The notes beneath the pieces are model-generated. The model saw only the letters and a list, made by a program, of their open reading frames with translations. It searched no databases and was not told the DNA's origin. The position numbers and the translations under genes are program-made. This document shows positions 38,164-46,020 of a stretch of 64,000 nt of DNA, one piece after another (the first letter of the stretch is position 1; every line of letters begins with the position of its first letter). The stretch is from Bacteroidales bacterium (lineage in GTDB: Bacteria; Bacteroidota; Bacteroidia; Bacteroidales; ML635J-15), in the NCBI GenBank assembly GCA_017617125.1, contig JAFZWY010000051.1:16008-80007 (forward strand). The letters run 5' to 3'.

Positions 38164-38195
38164 ATATACATTAATGTATTATACATCAATGTATA
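38164..38195 (+). repeat. 32-bp direct repeat, right copy, flanking the ATPase gene
   Basis: ATATACATTAATGTATTATACATCAATGTATA contains the perfect palindrome ATACATTAATGTAT. It starts 6 nt after the ATPase stop codon. Confidence 0.85.
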
Positions 38196-38221
38196 TTTGT
38201 ATAAGATTAATAATCAGACGT

Positions 38222-39199
38222 TTATTCTCTAATTTTTGTTTTCAGCGTCTCCACATCAATAGGCACAACGCCTACCTTTTCGCATACGATGCCACCTGCA
38301 AAGTTTGCTATACGTGCAATTTCACGGATGTCTTCTGATGCAGTAAGCAGAAGCGAAGCCACGCTTATAACAGTGTCGCCTGCGCCCGAAACATCAACGA
38401 TGTCGCGGATCTGGGCAGGAATGTGGACATAGTTCTTTTGAGTGCAGATAAGTATGCCGTTTTCCGACAGCGTTACCATAAGAATGTCGATGTTGTTGTT
38501 TTGCAGGAACTCCTTGGCGTATGGCTTTAGCATTTCTATGTCTTTGGTCTTGTCGATCTTGCAGCCTTCGCAGAACTCCTTTAGGTTTGGTTTGAACATG
38601 GTAACGTACTTGTATGCGTCGAAGTTGCGCTTCTTTGGGTCGACTGTTACCTTTATCTTGTTCTGTCGGCACAACATTGTGATGCGGTGTATGATGTCGG
38701 GCGAAAGAAGCCCCTTGTCGTAGTCCTCGAAGACAAGCACGTCGATATGTTCGTTCTCGATGATCTGCGAAATGCGGAACATCAGGATTTCTTTCAGTTC
38801 ATCTGAAATCTGCGCGGCATCTTCGTCATCGACTCGAAGCAGGTGCTGGCCTCCACTGATAACGCGGGTCTTGGTGGTGGTCTTACGGTTCTCGCTGCTT
38901 ATTATGCCGTTGTCGGGAAGGTTGTTTTCGCGCAGCAAATCGCGGAAAACCTGTCCCATGCTGTCGTTGCCGATTACCGAGCATAAATATACTTCGGCGC
39001 CAAAGACAGCAATGTTGAGTGCCACGTTTGCGGCACCGCCAAGACGGTATTTCCTGTCGGTTACCGATACTACCGGCACTGGCGCTTCGGGCGAAATACG
39101 GTCAACCTTGCCAATCATGTACGAATCAATCATCACGTCGCCAACGACGATGGCCTTTTTTGTAGCGAGTTTTCCGAAAAGTTCGTTATAGTTATCCAT
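38222..39199 (-). CDS. PfkB-family sugar kinase, RfaE domain-I-like (D-glycero-beta-D-manno-heptose-7-phosphate kinase-like, 325 aa)
   Basis: The N-terminus KKAIVVGDVMIDSYMIGKVDRISPEAPVPVV is typical of HldE/RfaE kinase domains. The C-terminal DVSGAGDTVI is the PfkB signature. No adenylyltransferase domain is present. Confidence 0.75.
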   Translation of the reverse strand: MDNYNELFGKLATKKAIVVGDVMIDSYMIGKVDRISPEAPVPVVSVTDRKYRLGGAANVALNIAVFGAEVYLCSVIGNDSMGQVFRDLLRENNLPDNGIISSENRKTTTKTRVISGGQHLLRVDDEDAAQISDELKEILMFRISQIIENEHIDVLVFEDYDKGLLSPDIIHRITMLCRQNKIKVTVDPKKRNFDAYKYVTMFKPNLKEFCEGCKIDKTKDIEMLKPYAKEFLQNNNIDILMVTLSENGILICTQKNYVHIPAQIRDIVDVSGAGDTVISVASLLLTASEDIREIARIANFAGGIVCEKVGVVPIDVETLKTKIRE

Positions 39200-39200
39200 T

Positions 39201-39893
39201 TTATTTTATAAGACCCTTGTTGTTAATCCATTTTATGGCTTCCTGCTTGGCAGCCTTGTCCAGATGCGAACTGTTCTGCACAACGAAATTTGTTACCCAC
39301 TCGTAGTCGGTTTTCGAGTAGTCCCTAAGTGCCGATCCTATCGCCTTGTTTACTGTGGCATCGCCAGTGTTCATGTTTTCCGAGATGAACTTCTGCAGGG
39401 TTTCGGTATCGGTGTCCTTCTTGAATTTTCGCTGGTACATTATTGCTACCGACTTCAAGGCTGGGCTTTTCGATTGGCTCCACGATTTCAGGAATTCGAT
39501 AGCAGTTGTAGGATACATTTTGGCAAAGTCAGAAACAAGTTCGGCTGTTATGCTCTCGATGGTGTCCCATGCAGGTTTTGTAAGCAGAAGGCTTTCGATG
39601 AAAACTATGTCTGTCTTCATCCACAATTTTTTGCGTTTTGCAAGCAGGGCTATGCCGAAGTACAGGAATTCGCGTTCCTCCATGGCAAAAAATTCCCTGA
39701 TAATGTTTTTGGTATCGTCATATTTTGGCAGGGGATAGTTCTGGAATATTGTCTTGAATATATTTTTCAAGTCAACAGTCCTTATGCCCAAGAATTTAAG
39801 GGTGTACTTCGACACTCTCGTCATCGCCTGGGCTGTTTTTACATCCCTGTAGCGTTCCATGAAGGAACTTACATTTTTTGTGTATTCTCTCAT
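39201..39893 (-). CDS. DNA alkylation repair protein (AlkD-like HEAT-repeat glycosylase family, 230 aa)
   Basis: The pattern matches AlkD-type proteins (..FLGIRT.., ..EEREF.., ..TKPAWDTIESI.., ..NKAIGSALRDYSKTDYEWV..EAIKWI). Confidence 0.75.
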   Translation of the reverse strand: MREYTKNVSSFMERYRDVKTAQAMTRVSKYTLKFLGIRTVDLKNIFKTIFQNYPLPKYDDTKNIIREFFAMEEREFLYFGIALLAKRKKLWMKTDIVFIESLLLTKPAWDTIESITAELVSDFAKMYPTTAIEFLKSWSQSKSPALKSVAIMYQRKFKKDTDTETLQKFISENMNTGDATVNKAIGSALRDYSKTDYEWVTNFVVQNSSHLDKAAKQEAIKWINNKGLIK

Positions 39894-39918
39894 TAAAATA
39901 TGAACGATATATTTTCCG

Positions 39919-39926
39919 CAAAATTA
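39919..39926 (-). promoter_or_regulatory. -7 promoter box (TAATTTTG on the minus strand) for the alkD-like/kinase operon
   Basis: Plus strand reads caaaatta, 25 nt upstream of the ATG at 39893. Confidence 0.5.
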
Positions 39927-40043
39927 TAAAAATAATGAATATTCTCAATTATAGTCAAAATCTCTTTTTTGAAACCTTAGCGAAGTCGCACATATTGAAA
40001 ATATAATCAAATCCTTGATTTGCATATTTTTCGAAATTATTCT

Positions 40044-40051
40044 TACCTTTG
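40044..40051 (+). promoter_or_regulatory. -7 promoter box TACCTTTG
   Basis: Perfect TAnnTTTG. It is embedded in a 26-nt segment that matches the 10779..10804 promoter/start region at 23 of 26 positions. Confidence 0.6.
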
Positions 40052-40075
40052 TGCGATGTTTCTAAAATAAAATAT

Positions 40076-40681
40076 ATGAGAAAATTCATTTCTGTATTTG
40101 CATTCATGATTGTCAGCTTGCTTTCGTTTGCCGATTCGCCGTTGACATCAACTAAATTCTACCAGCATTATATCGATAATCCGCTGGTTTATGAAGCTTC
40201 CGAAACACACGATTTGTCGTGGGACATGGCCGAATATATCCTCGATGCCAATAATCCGGTAGCCATAAAGGTAGCAATAGTAAATGCACTTAGCTGGGGC
40301 GACAAGGCGGAGTCCAACTACGCGGGACTTGTTTCGATTGCTATGGATGTAAAGCAGCCGCCGTCAGCAAGCAAGCTCTTCAACGTGCTCGACGGAAAAA
40401 CGCTTATCTGTTTTGCTTACATGAAAGCCCTGAGCGACTACTTCGACGTGAAGGAGGCCCTAAAAATAGCTAAGATGGCGCAGAAGAAAGACAAGGACAG
40501 CTATTGCGTAAACTTCATTGCGGCACTTATTCAGTCGCAGGACAATTTTCGCCAAGAAAAATGGGAAAAGATATATTCTGTCCTCGACGAAGTGAACAAT
40601 ACCACCTGGCGTAACGATGATCTGTCGGACGAAGCCGCAGCAAGTGTCATGGAATACATCAACGAATACAGACCTGAATAA
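40076..40681 (+). CDS. hypothetical secreted alpha-helical protein (201 aa)
   Basis: Start at MRKFISVFAFMIVSLLSFADSP (signal peptide). No recognisable motif. Confidence 0.65.
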   Translation: MRKFISVFAFMIVSLLSFADSPLTSTKFYQHYIDNPLVYEASETHDLSWDMAEYILDANNPVAIKVAIVNALSWGDKAESNYAGLVSIAMDVKQPPSASKLFNVLDGKTLICFAYMKALSDYFDVKEALKIAKMAQKKDKDSYCVNFIAALIQSQDNFRQEKWEKIYSVLDEVNNTTWRNDDLSDEAAASVMEYINEYRPE

Positions 40682-40683
40682 GG

Positions 40684-40691
40684 TATTTTTG
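40684..40691 (+). promoter_or_regulatory. candidate -7 promoter box TATTTTTG upstream of lpxK
   Basis: Perfect TAnnTTTG, 68 nt before the ATG at 40759. Confidence 0.4.
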
Positions 40692-40758
40692 TATCAATAT
40701 CAAGATTTTTTTTGCTGTTATAATAAAAAGTGTTATTTTTCCCAACAAAATTTATCGC

Positions 40759-41874
40759 ATGAGTACTCGCAAGGTTGGCTTTTTCCGTTTTCTGCTGCTT
40801 TGGCTGCCTTCGCTTATATACAAGTTTATAGGCGACATGAGAAATTTCATGTACGAAAACGGAATCCTAAAGTCGAAGGAATACGACCTGCCTATAATCT
40901 CTGTCGGCAACATAAGTGTTGGCGGAACAGGCAAGACTCCGCATGTCGAGTATGTATTGCGTATGCTCAAGAGCGATTTCAAGACTGCTATGCTGAGCCG
41001 CGGATACAAGCGTAAGACTCGTGGCTTCCGTATTGTCGAGGCCGACGACGACTATACTCTCTGTGGCGACGAGCCATTGCAGGTAAAACGCAAGTTCGGC
41101 GACGACGTTGTGGTGGCCGTCTGCGAAAGCCGTACCGAAGGCGTCGAGAAACTCCGCGAACTATATCCCGACCTCAATGTCATCGTCCTCGACGATGCAT
41201 TCCAGCATCGCCGTATAAATCCTGGACTGCACATGTTGCTCATCAACTACGACTATCCTATTTCGAAGGATCATGTGCTTCCGCTCGGACGTCTGCGCGA
41301 GTCGAAGTCGAACGTACACCGTGCACACCTGCTCGTGTATAGCAACTGTCCGCTCAAGCTTACTCCTATCGAGCGCCGTTTGCTTACCAAGGAAGTTGGC
41401 GTATTGCCTTACCAGCACCTATCGTTTACGTCGGTGCTGTACGAGGATCCGAAACCAGTGTTTAGCAATGCAAAGAAACTTAATAATGATAGACTAAAGG
41501 ATTGCAACGTGTTGGCGGTCACTGGTATTGCCCATCCCGAAAATTTTGTTGATATGCTCATGCAGAAGTCGAAGGGCGTAGTTCATATTCCATTTTCCGA
41601 TCATCATGCCTTTTCGGCGTCCGACATTGCCAGAATTCAGAAGACTTACGATGAAATGGGCGCACCGAAAGTTGTGATAGTTACTGAAAAGGATGCTGTG
41701 CGCCTCAGAACAAATAAGTTCCTTGGCGACAAAATAAAATCGAGCATGTATTACATTCCTATCAAGATTGAACTGCTCTGCGATGAGGAAGAGAAGAAGA
41801 TGTTTAACAATCAAATAATCAGTTATGTCAGAAACAACAAACGCTACAATAAACTTTATAACAACTCGCTTTAA
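40759..41874 (+). CDS. lpxK: tetraacyldisaccharide 4'-kinase (371 aa)
   Basis: N-terminal TM segment plus the P-loop ISVGNISVGGTGKTPHVEY. The length and layout are typical of LpxK. Confidence 0.9.
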   Translation: MSTRKVGFFRFLLLWLPSLIYKFIGDMRNFMYENGILKSKEYDLPIISVGNISVGGTGKTPHVEYVLRMLKSDFKTAMLSRGYKRKTRGFRIVEADDDYTLCGDEPLQVKRKFGDDVVVAVCESRTEGVEKLRELYPDLNVIVLDDAFQHRRINPGLHMLLINYDYPISKDHVLPLGRLRESKSNVHRAHLLVYSNCPLKLTPIERRLLTKEVGVLPYQHLSFTSVLYEDPKPVFSNAKKLNNDRLKDCNVLAVTGIAHPENFVDMLMQKSKGVVHIPFSDHHAFSASDIARIQKTYDEMGAPKVVIVTEKDAVRLRTNKFLGDKIKSSMYYIPIKIELLCDEEEKKMFNNQIISYVRNNKRYNKLYNNSL

Positions 41875-42634
41875 GGAAACACCCGAGGTTGGCATTATTC
41901 TCGGTACAGGACTTGGTGGCCTTGTCAGGGAAATCGATGTAATTGAAGAAATTCCATACAGCGAAATTCCAGATTTTCCGGTTTCTACCGTCGAAGGACA
42001 TAGCGGAAAATTGATTCTTGGCCGACTTGGCGGCAAAACTGTGGTGGCTATGCAGGGACGCTTCCACTACTATGAAGGTTATTCGATGAAGCAACTTGTT
42101 TTTGCAACAAGGACTTTGATACGTCTTGGTATCAAGTACCTTTTCGTATCGAATGCCAGCGGAGGTGTCAATCCAGATTTCGAAATTGGCGACCTTATGG
42201 TTATTACCGACCATATCTGCATTATGCCGAACCCGCTTATCGGCAAGCATAATCCCGAAGATGGCGACCGCTTCCCCGACATGAGCTGCGTTTACGACAA
42301 GTCGTTAATTGTATGTGCCGAAAAGGTTGCTGCCGAACTTGGCTACAAGTTGCAGAAGGGCGTTTACCTGGCAACTACGGGGCCAACTTTCGAAACGCCT
42401 GCCGAATACAGGTATTTCCGTGTCATCGGTGCCGACACAGTTGGAATGTCGACAGTACCCGAGGCTATCGTTGCACGCCAGATGCGCATCCCGTGCTTTG
42501 CAATGTCGATAATTACCGACCTCGGCGTGCCAGGCAAGATCGTGGAGGTTTCGCACGAAGAAGTACAGAAGGTAGCTGCCGTTGCCGAATCGAAGATGAC
42601 GGAGATTTTCAAAAGGATGATAGAAAGACTGTAG
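41825..42634 (+). CDS. purine nucleoside phosphorylase (trimeric PNP-I family, 269 aa)
   Basis: GIILGTGLGGL, EGHSGKLILG, MQGRFHYYEG, VSNASGG and GADTVGMSTVPE are all characteristic of PunA-type PNP. Confidence 0.92.
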   Translation: MSETTNATINFITTRFKETPEVGIILGTGLGGLVREIDVIEEIPYSEIPDFPVSTVEGHSGKLILGRLGGKTVVAMQGRFHYYEGYSMKQLVFATRTLIRLGIKYLFVSNASGGVNPDFEIGDLMVITDHICIMPNPLIGKHNPEDGDRFPDMSCVYDKSLIVCAEKVAAELGYKLQKGVYLATTGPTFETPAEYRYFRVIGADTVGMSTVPEAIVARQMRIPCFAMSIITDLGVPGKIVEVSHEEVQKVAAVAESKMTEIFKRMIERL

Positions 42635-42653
42635 TTTTATAGATAGGAGAAAG

Positions 42654-42992
42654 ATGGATTCGAAAAGACAGACACAGGTTGCCGGCTTGGTTCAGAAGGA
42701 GTTGGCAAACATTTTACAGTTTAAGTTCAACGGATTGGTACCAGGAAGGTTGCTCACGATTACAGGTGTGCGAATGTCGCCCGACCTCGGATTGGCAAAG
42801 ATTTACCTCAGCATATTCCCGTCGACCGACGGACAGTCGATTATTAAGGAAATAAACACCAACGTTGCGCGCATCCGCTACGAACTCGGCAATGCCATCC
42901 GCAACGATGTACGCCGTGTACCGGAACTTGTTTTTTACCTTGATGACAGTTTCGACGAGGTGGAACGTATCGAAAAGGCTCTAAAGTCGTAA
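42654..42992 (+). CDS. rbfA: ribosome-binding factor A (112 aa)
   Basis: Size and motifs match RbfA (..RQTQVAGLVQKELANIL.., ..ITGVRMSPDLGLAKIYLS.., ..RRVPELVFYLDDS). Confidence 0.9.
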   Translation: MDSKRQTQVAGLVQKELANILQFKFNGLVPGRLLTITGVRMSPDLGLAKIYLSIFPSTDGQSIIKEINTNVARIRYELGNAIRNDVRRVPELVFYLDDSFDEVERIEKALKS

Positions 42993-44225
42993 ATGTCCTT
43001 TCCGTTCTATATAGCATCACGCTACCTGGTGTCGAAGAAGTCGCGCAACGCGATAAACATAATCTCGATAATCTCGATAGCAGGAGTGGCGGTCGGTACC
43101 GCTGCACTGATTATTGTGCTGTCGGTTTTCAATGGATTCGAGGACTTGCTCACACGTCTCAACAATTCGTTCGACCCCGACATAAAGGTGCTGCCCGCTT
43201 CGGGTAAGACCTTTGTTCCCGATGCTTCTTTCGAATCGGCATTGAACGACTGTGACTTAGTTTCGACGATTTCATACACCCTTGAGGAAAACGCCTTGTT
43301 ACAGTACAACGACAAGCAGGTGATAGCCACGGTAAAAGGTGTCGACGACAACTTTTTTAGGATAACCGGACTCGACTCTATGGTTGTGCGTGGCGATGCC
43401 TTGCTGTACAATGGAAAGGCTTCGTGTGCTATAATGGGTGCAGGTGTTGCATATTCGATGGGTGTGATTTGCGACTATATCGAGCCGCTTGCGGTGAGTG
43501 TTCCAAGTCGTACTGCCGAAATCAAGGGCAATTTCAGCGATGCCGCTTCCGACCTTCTCAATAGCATATCGCTTTATCCTGCAGGAATTTTTGCAATCCA
43601 GCAGGAATACGATGCCCGTTATGTGGTGATGCCAATCGATGAGGTTCGCCGTTTGCTAGAATTCGACCGTGAGGTGGGAGCTGCCGAAATAAAACTAAAG
43701 GCTGGTGCCGAAAGCGATGAAGCTGTGAAACAGCTTTCGGCAAAGCTCGGCGATAAGTTCAAGATTCTCGACCGCAACATGCAGCACGAATATTCGTACA
43801 AGATAATGCAGTCGGAAAAATGGGCTATCTTCATGATTCTGATATTCATACTGCTGATAGCCTCTTTCAATATTATTGCATCAATCACAATGCTTATCAT
43901 CGACAAGCGCAACGACATTTCCATACTTCGCAGCATGGGTGCCGACGATTCCGACATCCGACGCATATTTTTCATCGAAGGGCTAGGAATAAGTCTTGTC
44001 GGTGCTGTGGTAGGATTGTTTGTTGGAGGATTGATATGCTGGTTGCAAATGACTTATGGATTTGTAAAGCTGGGTGGAGGAAGCGGTTCGTTTATTATCG
44101 ATGCCTACCCGGTGGCAATACATGTTGTAGACGTGCTGTGGTCATTTGCCGCAGTGATGCTCATCGGACTTTTTGCAGCATGGATGCCAGTGAGATTTGT
44201 TACAAGGAAACTAAAGGAAAATTAA
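42993..44225 (+). CDS. FtsX-like ABC transporter permease (LolC/E-like, 410 aa)
   Basis: The start abuts the rbfA stop (TAAATG). There are 4 TM helices with a large loop after TM1 and a C-terminal FtsX domain (..ILRSMGA....I..IF..EG..I...G...G). Confidence 0.85.
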   Translation: MSFPFYIASRYLVSKKSRNAINIISIISIAGVAVGTAALIIVLSVFNGFEDLLTRLNNSFDPDIKVLPASGKTFVPDASFESALNDCDLVSTISYTLEENALLQYNDKQVIATVKGVDDNFFRITGLDSMVVRGDALLYNGKASCAIMGAGVAYSMGVICDYIEPLAVSVPSRTAEIKGNFSDAASDLLNSISLYPAGIFAIQQEYDARYVVMPIDEVRRLLEFDREVGAAEIKLKAGAESDEAVKQLSAKLGDKFKILDRNMQHEYSYKIMQSEKWAIFMILIFILLIASFNIIASITMLIIDKRNDISILRSMGADDSDIRRIFFIEGLGISLVGAVVGLFVGGLICWLQMTYGFVKLGGGSGSFIIDAYPVAIHVVDVLWSFAAVMLIGLFAAWMPVRFVTRKLKEN

Positions 44226-44243
44226 TTAAAAAATTGACGATAA

Positions 44244-44981
44244 ATGGAAAACTATAGAATTGCATTGCTGGTTGATGCTGAAAACATTTCGAACAAGTAT
44301 GCAGATGGAATACTTAGCAGTCTGACCAAATACGGTCGCGTAATAGTGAAGAATGCCTATGTTTCGGTCGATGAAAAAGGCGCAGTTACTCCGTATTCGT
44401 GGATAAACACTTGCAAGAACAAAGGTATGCACCTTGTCACTCAGACACGCAATGCATCGGGCAAGAATTGTGTCGATTCGAAGCTTATCATCGATGCCAT
44501 GGATATTTTGCATCAGAACAAGGATGTAGATTGCTTCTGTCTGGTATCGAGCGACAGCGACTTTACAACCTTGGCATCGCGGTTGAGAGAGACTGGTAAA
44601 TATCTTATAGGTATGGGCGAAAAGAAAACCATCGTCACCTTGCGTAAGGCTTGCGACGAGTTCATCGAGCTTGAAAGAGTTGAGACAGATGCGTCGCTCA
44701 ACAAGTACCGTCATGCAGTTGCCGAGGGCGAAGATGTTCCACCTGTATCGAAGGAGTTTATTTCCAGTGCTGTACGCAAGATGGTTGCCGACAACATGGC
44801 CAACGACAAGCCTACGAATCTGGCCGAAATCGGTACTCGCTTGAAGAAGATGTACCCCGACTTCGATTCGCGAAACTATGGTTTTTCTCAGCTTGGAAAG
44901 TTCCTCGCTTCACTTGATGGTCTAAGTGTCGAAAATTCGGAGGTGGAACTCGTTGCAAAGGAGAAGAAGCGTAAAAAATAG
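44244..44981 (+). CDS. NYN-domain (LabA-like) protein with a C-terminal OST-HTH/LOTUS-like domain (245 aa)
   Basis: IALLVDAENIS...VKNAYV...DSKLIIDAMD...FCLVSSDSDFTTLASRLRETGKYLIGMG is NYN/LabA-like. The C-terminal ..LAEIGTRLKKMYPDFDSRNYGFSQLGKFLASL is OST-HTH-like. Confidence 0.75.
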   Translation: MENYRIALLVDAENISNKYADGILSSLTKYGRVIVKNAYVSVDEKGAVTPYSWINTCKNKGMHLVTQTRNASGKNCVDSKLIIDAMDILHQNKDVDCFCLVSSDSDFTTLASRLRETGKYLIGMGEKKTIVTLRKACDEFIELERVETDASLNKYRHAVAEGEDVPPVSKEFISSAVRKMVADNMANDKPTNLAEIGTRLKKMYPDFDSRNYGFSQLGKFLASLDGLSVENSEVELVAKEKKRKK

Positions 44982-44986
44982 GCCCG

Positions 44987-45490
44987 TTATTCGGGTTTAT
45001 TTTTGTTTGATGCGTTCTTGCGGATCTGTTCTTCAAGTTTTCTCTTGTGGCGTTTTGTAAGCCAGCCTATAAGCAGGTTGAAAGCTTCGAGTCCTATGAG
45101 GACAAGGGCCGTTGAGACTATTGCCAGTATGTACATTCCGCCTCCGCATGCAAGTCCGATGGCTGCTGTAACCCATACGCCCGCTGCGGTGGTGAGTCCG
45201 CGTATTACGTTTTCGCTTTTGTGAAATATGATTGTTCCTGCGCCTATGAAACCTATGCCAGTTACCACCTGCGCAGCAATACGTGCAATGTCCCAGCGTT
45301 GTTCTTCGCCGAGTTTGATTTCCGAAAAACCGTAGGCCGACACAATCATGAACAATGCCGAGCCCAATGCTACTAGAAAATGTGTGCGCAGACCGGCCTC
45401 TTTTGCGCGGTATTCGCGCTCAAGCCCTATTGCTCCGCCAAGCATGGCAGCTACAAAAATGCGCAATATGAATTCCCATGTCATATCCAT
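44987..45490 (-). CDS. MgtC/SapB family membrane protein (167 aa)
   Basis: ..LGGAIGLEREYRAKEAGLRTH.. is the MgtC signature. There are 4-5 TM helices. Confidence 0.85.
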   Translation of the reverse strand: MDMTWEFILRIFVAAMLGGAIGLEREYRAKEAGLRTHFLVALGSALFMIVSAYGFSEIKLGEEQRWDIARIAAQVVTGIGFIGAGTIIFHKSENVIRGLTTAAGVWVTAAIGLACGGGMYILAIVSTALVLIGLEAFNLLIGWLTKRHKRKLEEQIRKNASNKNKPE

Positions 45491-45494
45491 GCTG

Positions 45495-45502
45495 CAAAAA
45501 TA
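45495..45502 (-). promoter_or_regulatory. -7 promoter box (TATTTTTG on the minus strand) for the mgtC-like gene
   Basis: Plus strand reads caaaaata. Only 4 nt separate it from the ATG at 45490. Confidence 0.5.
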
Positions 45503-45566
45503 GTTTTTTTATCGTTAAGTTGTTTTTTTGTTTCTAGTTTCTAAATCATCAAATCATAAAAACCTT

Positions 45567-45574
45567 TATCTTTG
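45567..45574 (+). promoter_or_regulatory. -7 promoter box TATCTTTG for tRNA-Ala
   Basis: Perfect TAnnTTTG ending 11 nt before the first base of the tRNA. Confidence 0.6.
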
Positions 45575-45585
45575 CATCTCATTTT

Positions 45586-45658
45586 GGGGAATTAGCTCAT
45601 CTGGTAGAGCGTCAGGTTCGCAATCTGAAGGTGGTCGGTTCGAGTCCGATATTCTCCA
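45586..45658 (+). tRNA. tRNA-Ala (anticodon CGC)
   Basis: Hand-folded 73-nt cloverleaf with a 7-bp acceptor stem that includes the G3:U70 Ala identity pair. D arm gctc/gagc, anticodon stem tcagg/tctga with loop ttCGCaa, T arm gtcgg-ttcgagt-ccgat, discriminator A. CCA is not encoded. Confidence 0.9.
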
Positions 45659-45678
45659 CGAAAATAGTTAAAAGTTGG

Positions 45679-45698
45679 AGCGCGTGTCCGCGCTATTT
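45679..45698 (+). terminator. hairpin after the tRNA (weak terminator)
   Basis: Stem agcgcg / cgcgct with loop tgtc, followed by atttg. The T tract is short. Confidence 0.4.
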
Positions 45699-45814
45699 GA
45701 GGGCTTCGCCGTTCAAGTTTCTCTATCACTGAGCTTGTCGATGTGAGCCTGTCGAAGGGTTGAAGTGCTGGTTTAATGTTCAATCGTCAATCTAAAATCG
45801 TCAACCTTTAGCTC
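45699..45814. repeat. REP-like module mosaic upstream of giant gene 2
   Basis: Contains gagggcttcgccgttcaagtttc (a 20-mer also at 54208..54227), tgagcctgtcgaaggg (family E), caatcgtcaatctaaaatcgtcaa (family C) and aacctttagctc (family D). Confidence 0.8.
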
Positions 45815-45982
45815 GGCTTTGCCAATCGTAAATTATCCACATAGGTATTTTTACCCATTCGAGCGAACAGCATAGACCATTTGTCGTGGTAATTTTTTGG
45901 CCTTTTGTCTTTTATTTTTGGCGATTTCTCCCTAACTTCGTTGGCTTAACAAAATTTTAAGGATTACTATGGTTTTAATGCC

Positions 45983-45990
45983 TATCTTTG
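45983..45990 (+). promoter_or_regulatory. -7 promoter box TATCTTTG for giant gene 2
   Basis: Perfect TAnnTTTG, 30 nt before the first ATG (46021). The TTG at 45988 used by the ORF track lies inside this box. Confidence 0.6.
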
Positions 45991-46020
45991 CAACAGGTAA
46001 AATTACTTGATTTTAACTGT

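Noticed and set aside
45592-45783. A 63-aa minus-strand ORF
   Set aside because: It overlaps the tRNA-Ala gene and the adjacent REP modules, so it is spurious.
45988-46020. The TTG start proposed by the ORF track for giant gene 2. The same issue applies to the upstream extensions of the ORFs at 2262, 5467, 25770, 27833, 28915, 36854, 36998, 40049 and 58462.
   Set aside because: The TTG at 45988 lies inside the -7 promoter box. In the other cases a downstream ATG gives a canonical signal peptide or N-terminus, or a -7 box lies within the extension.
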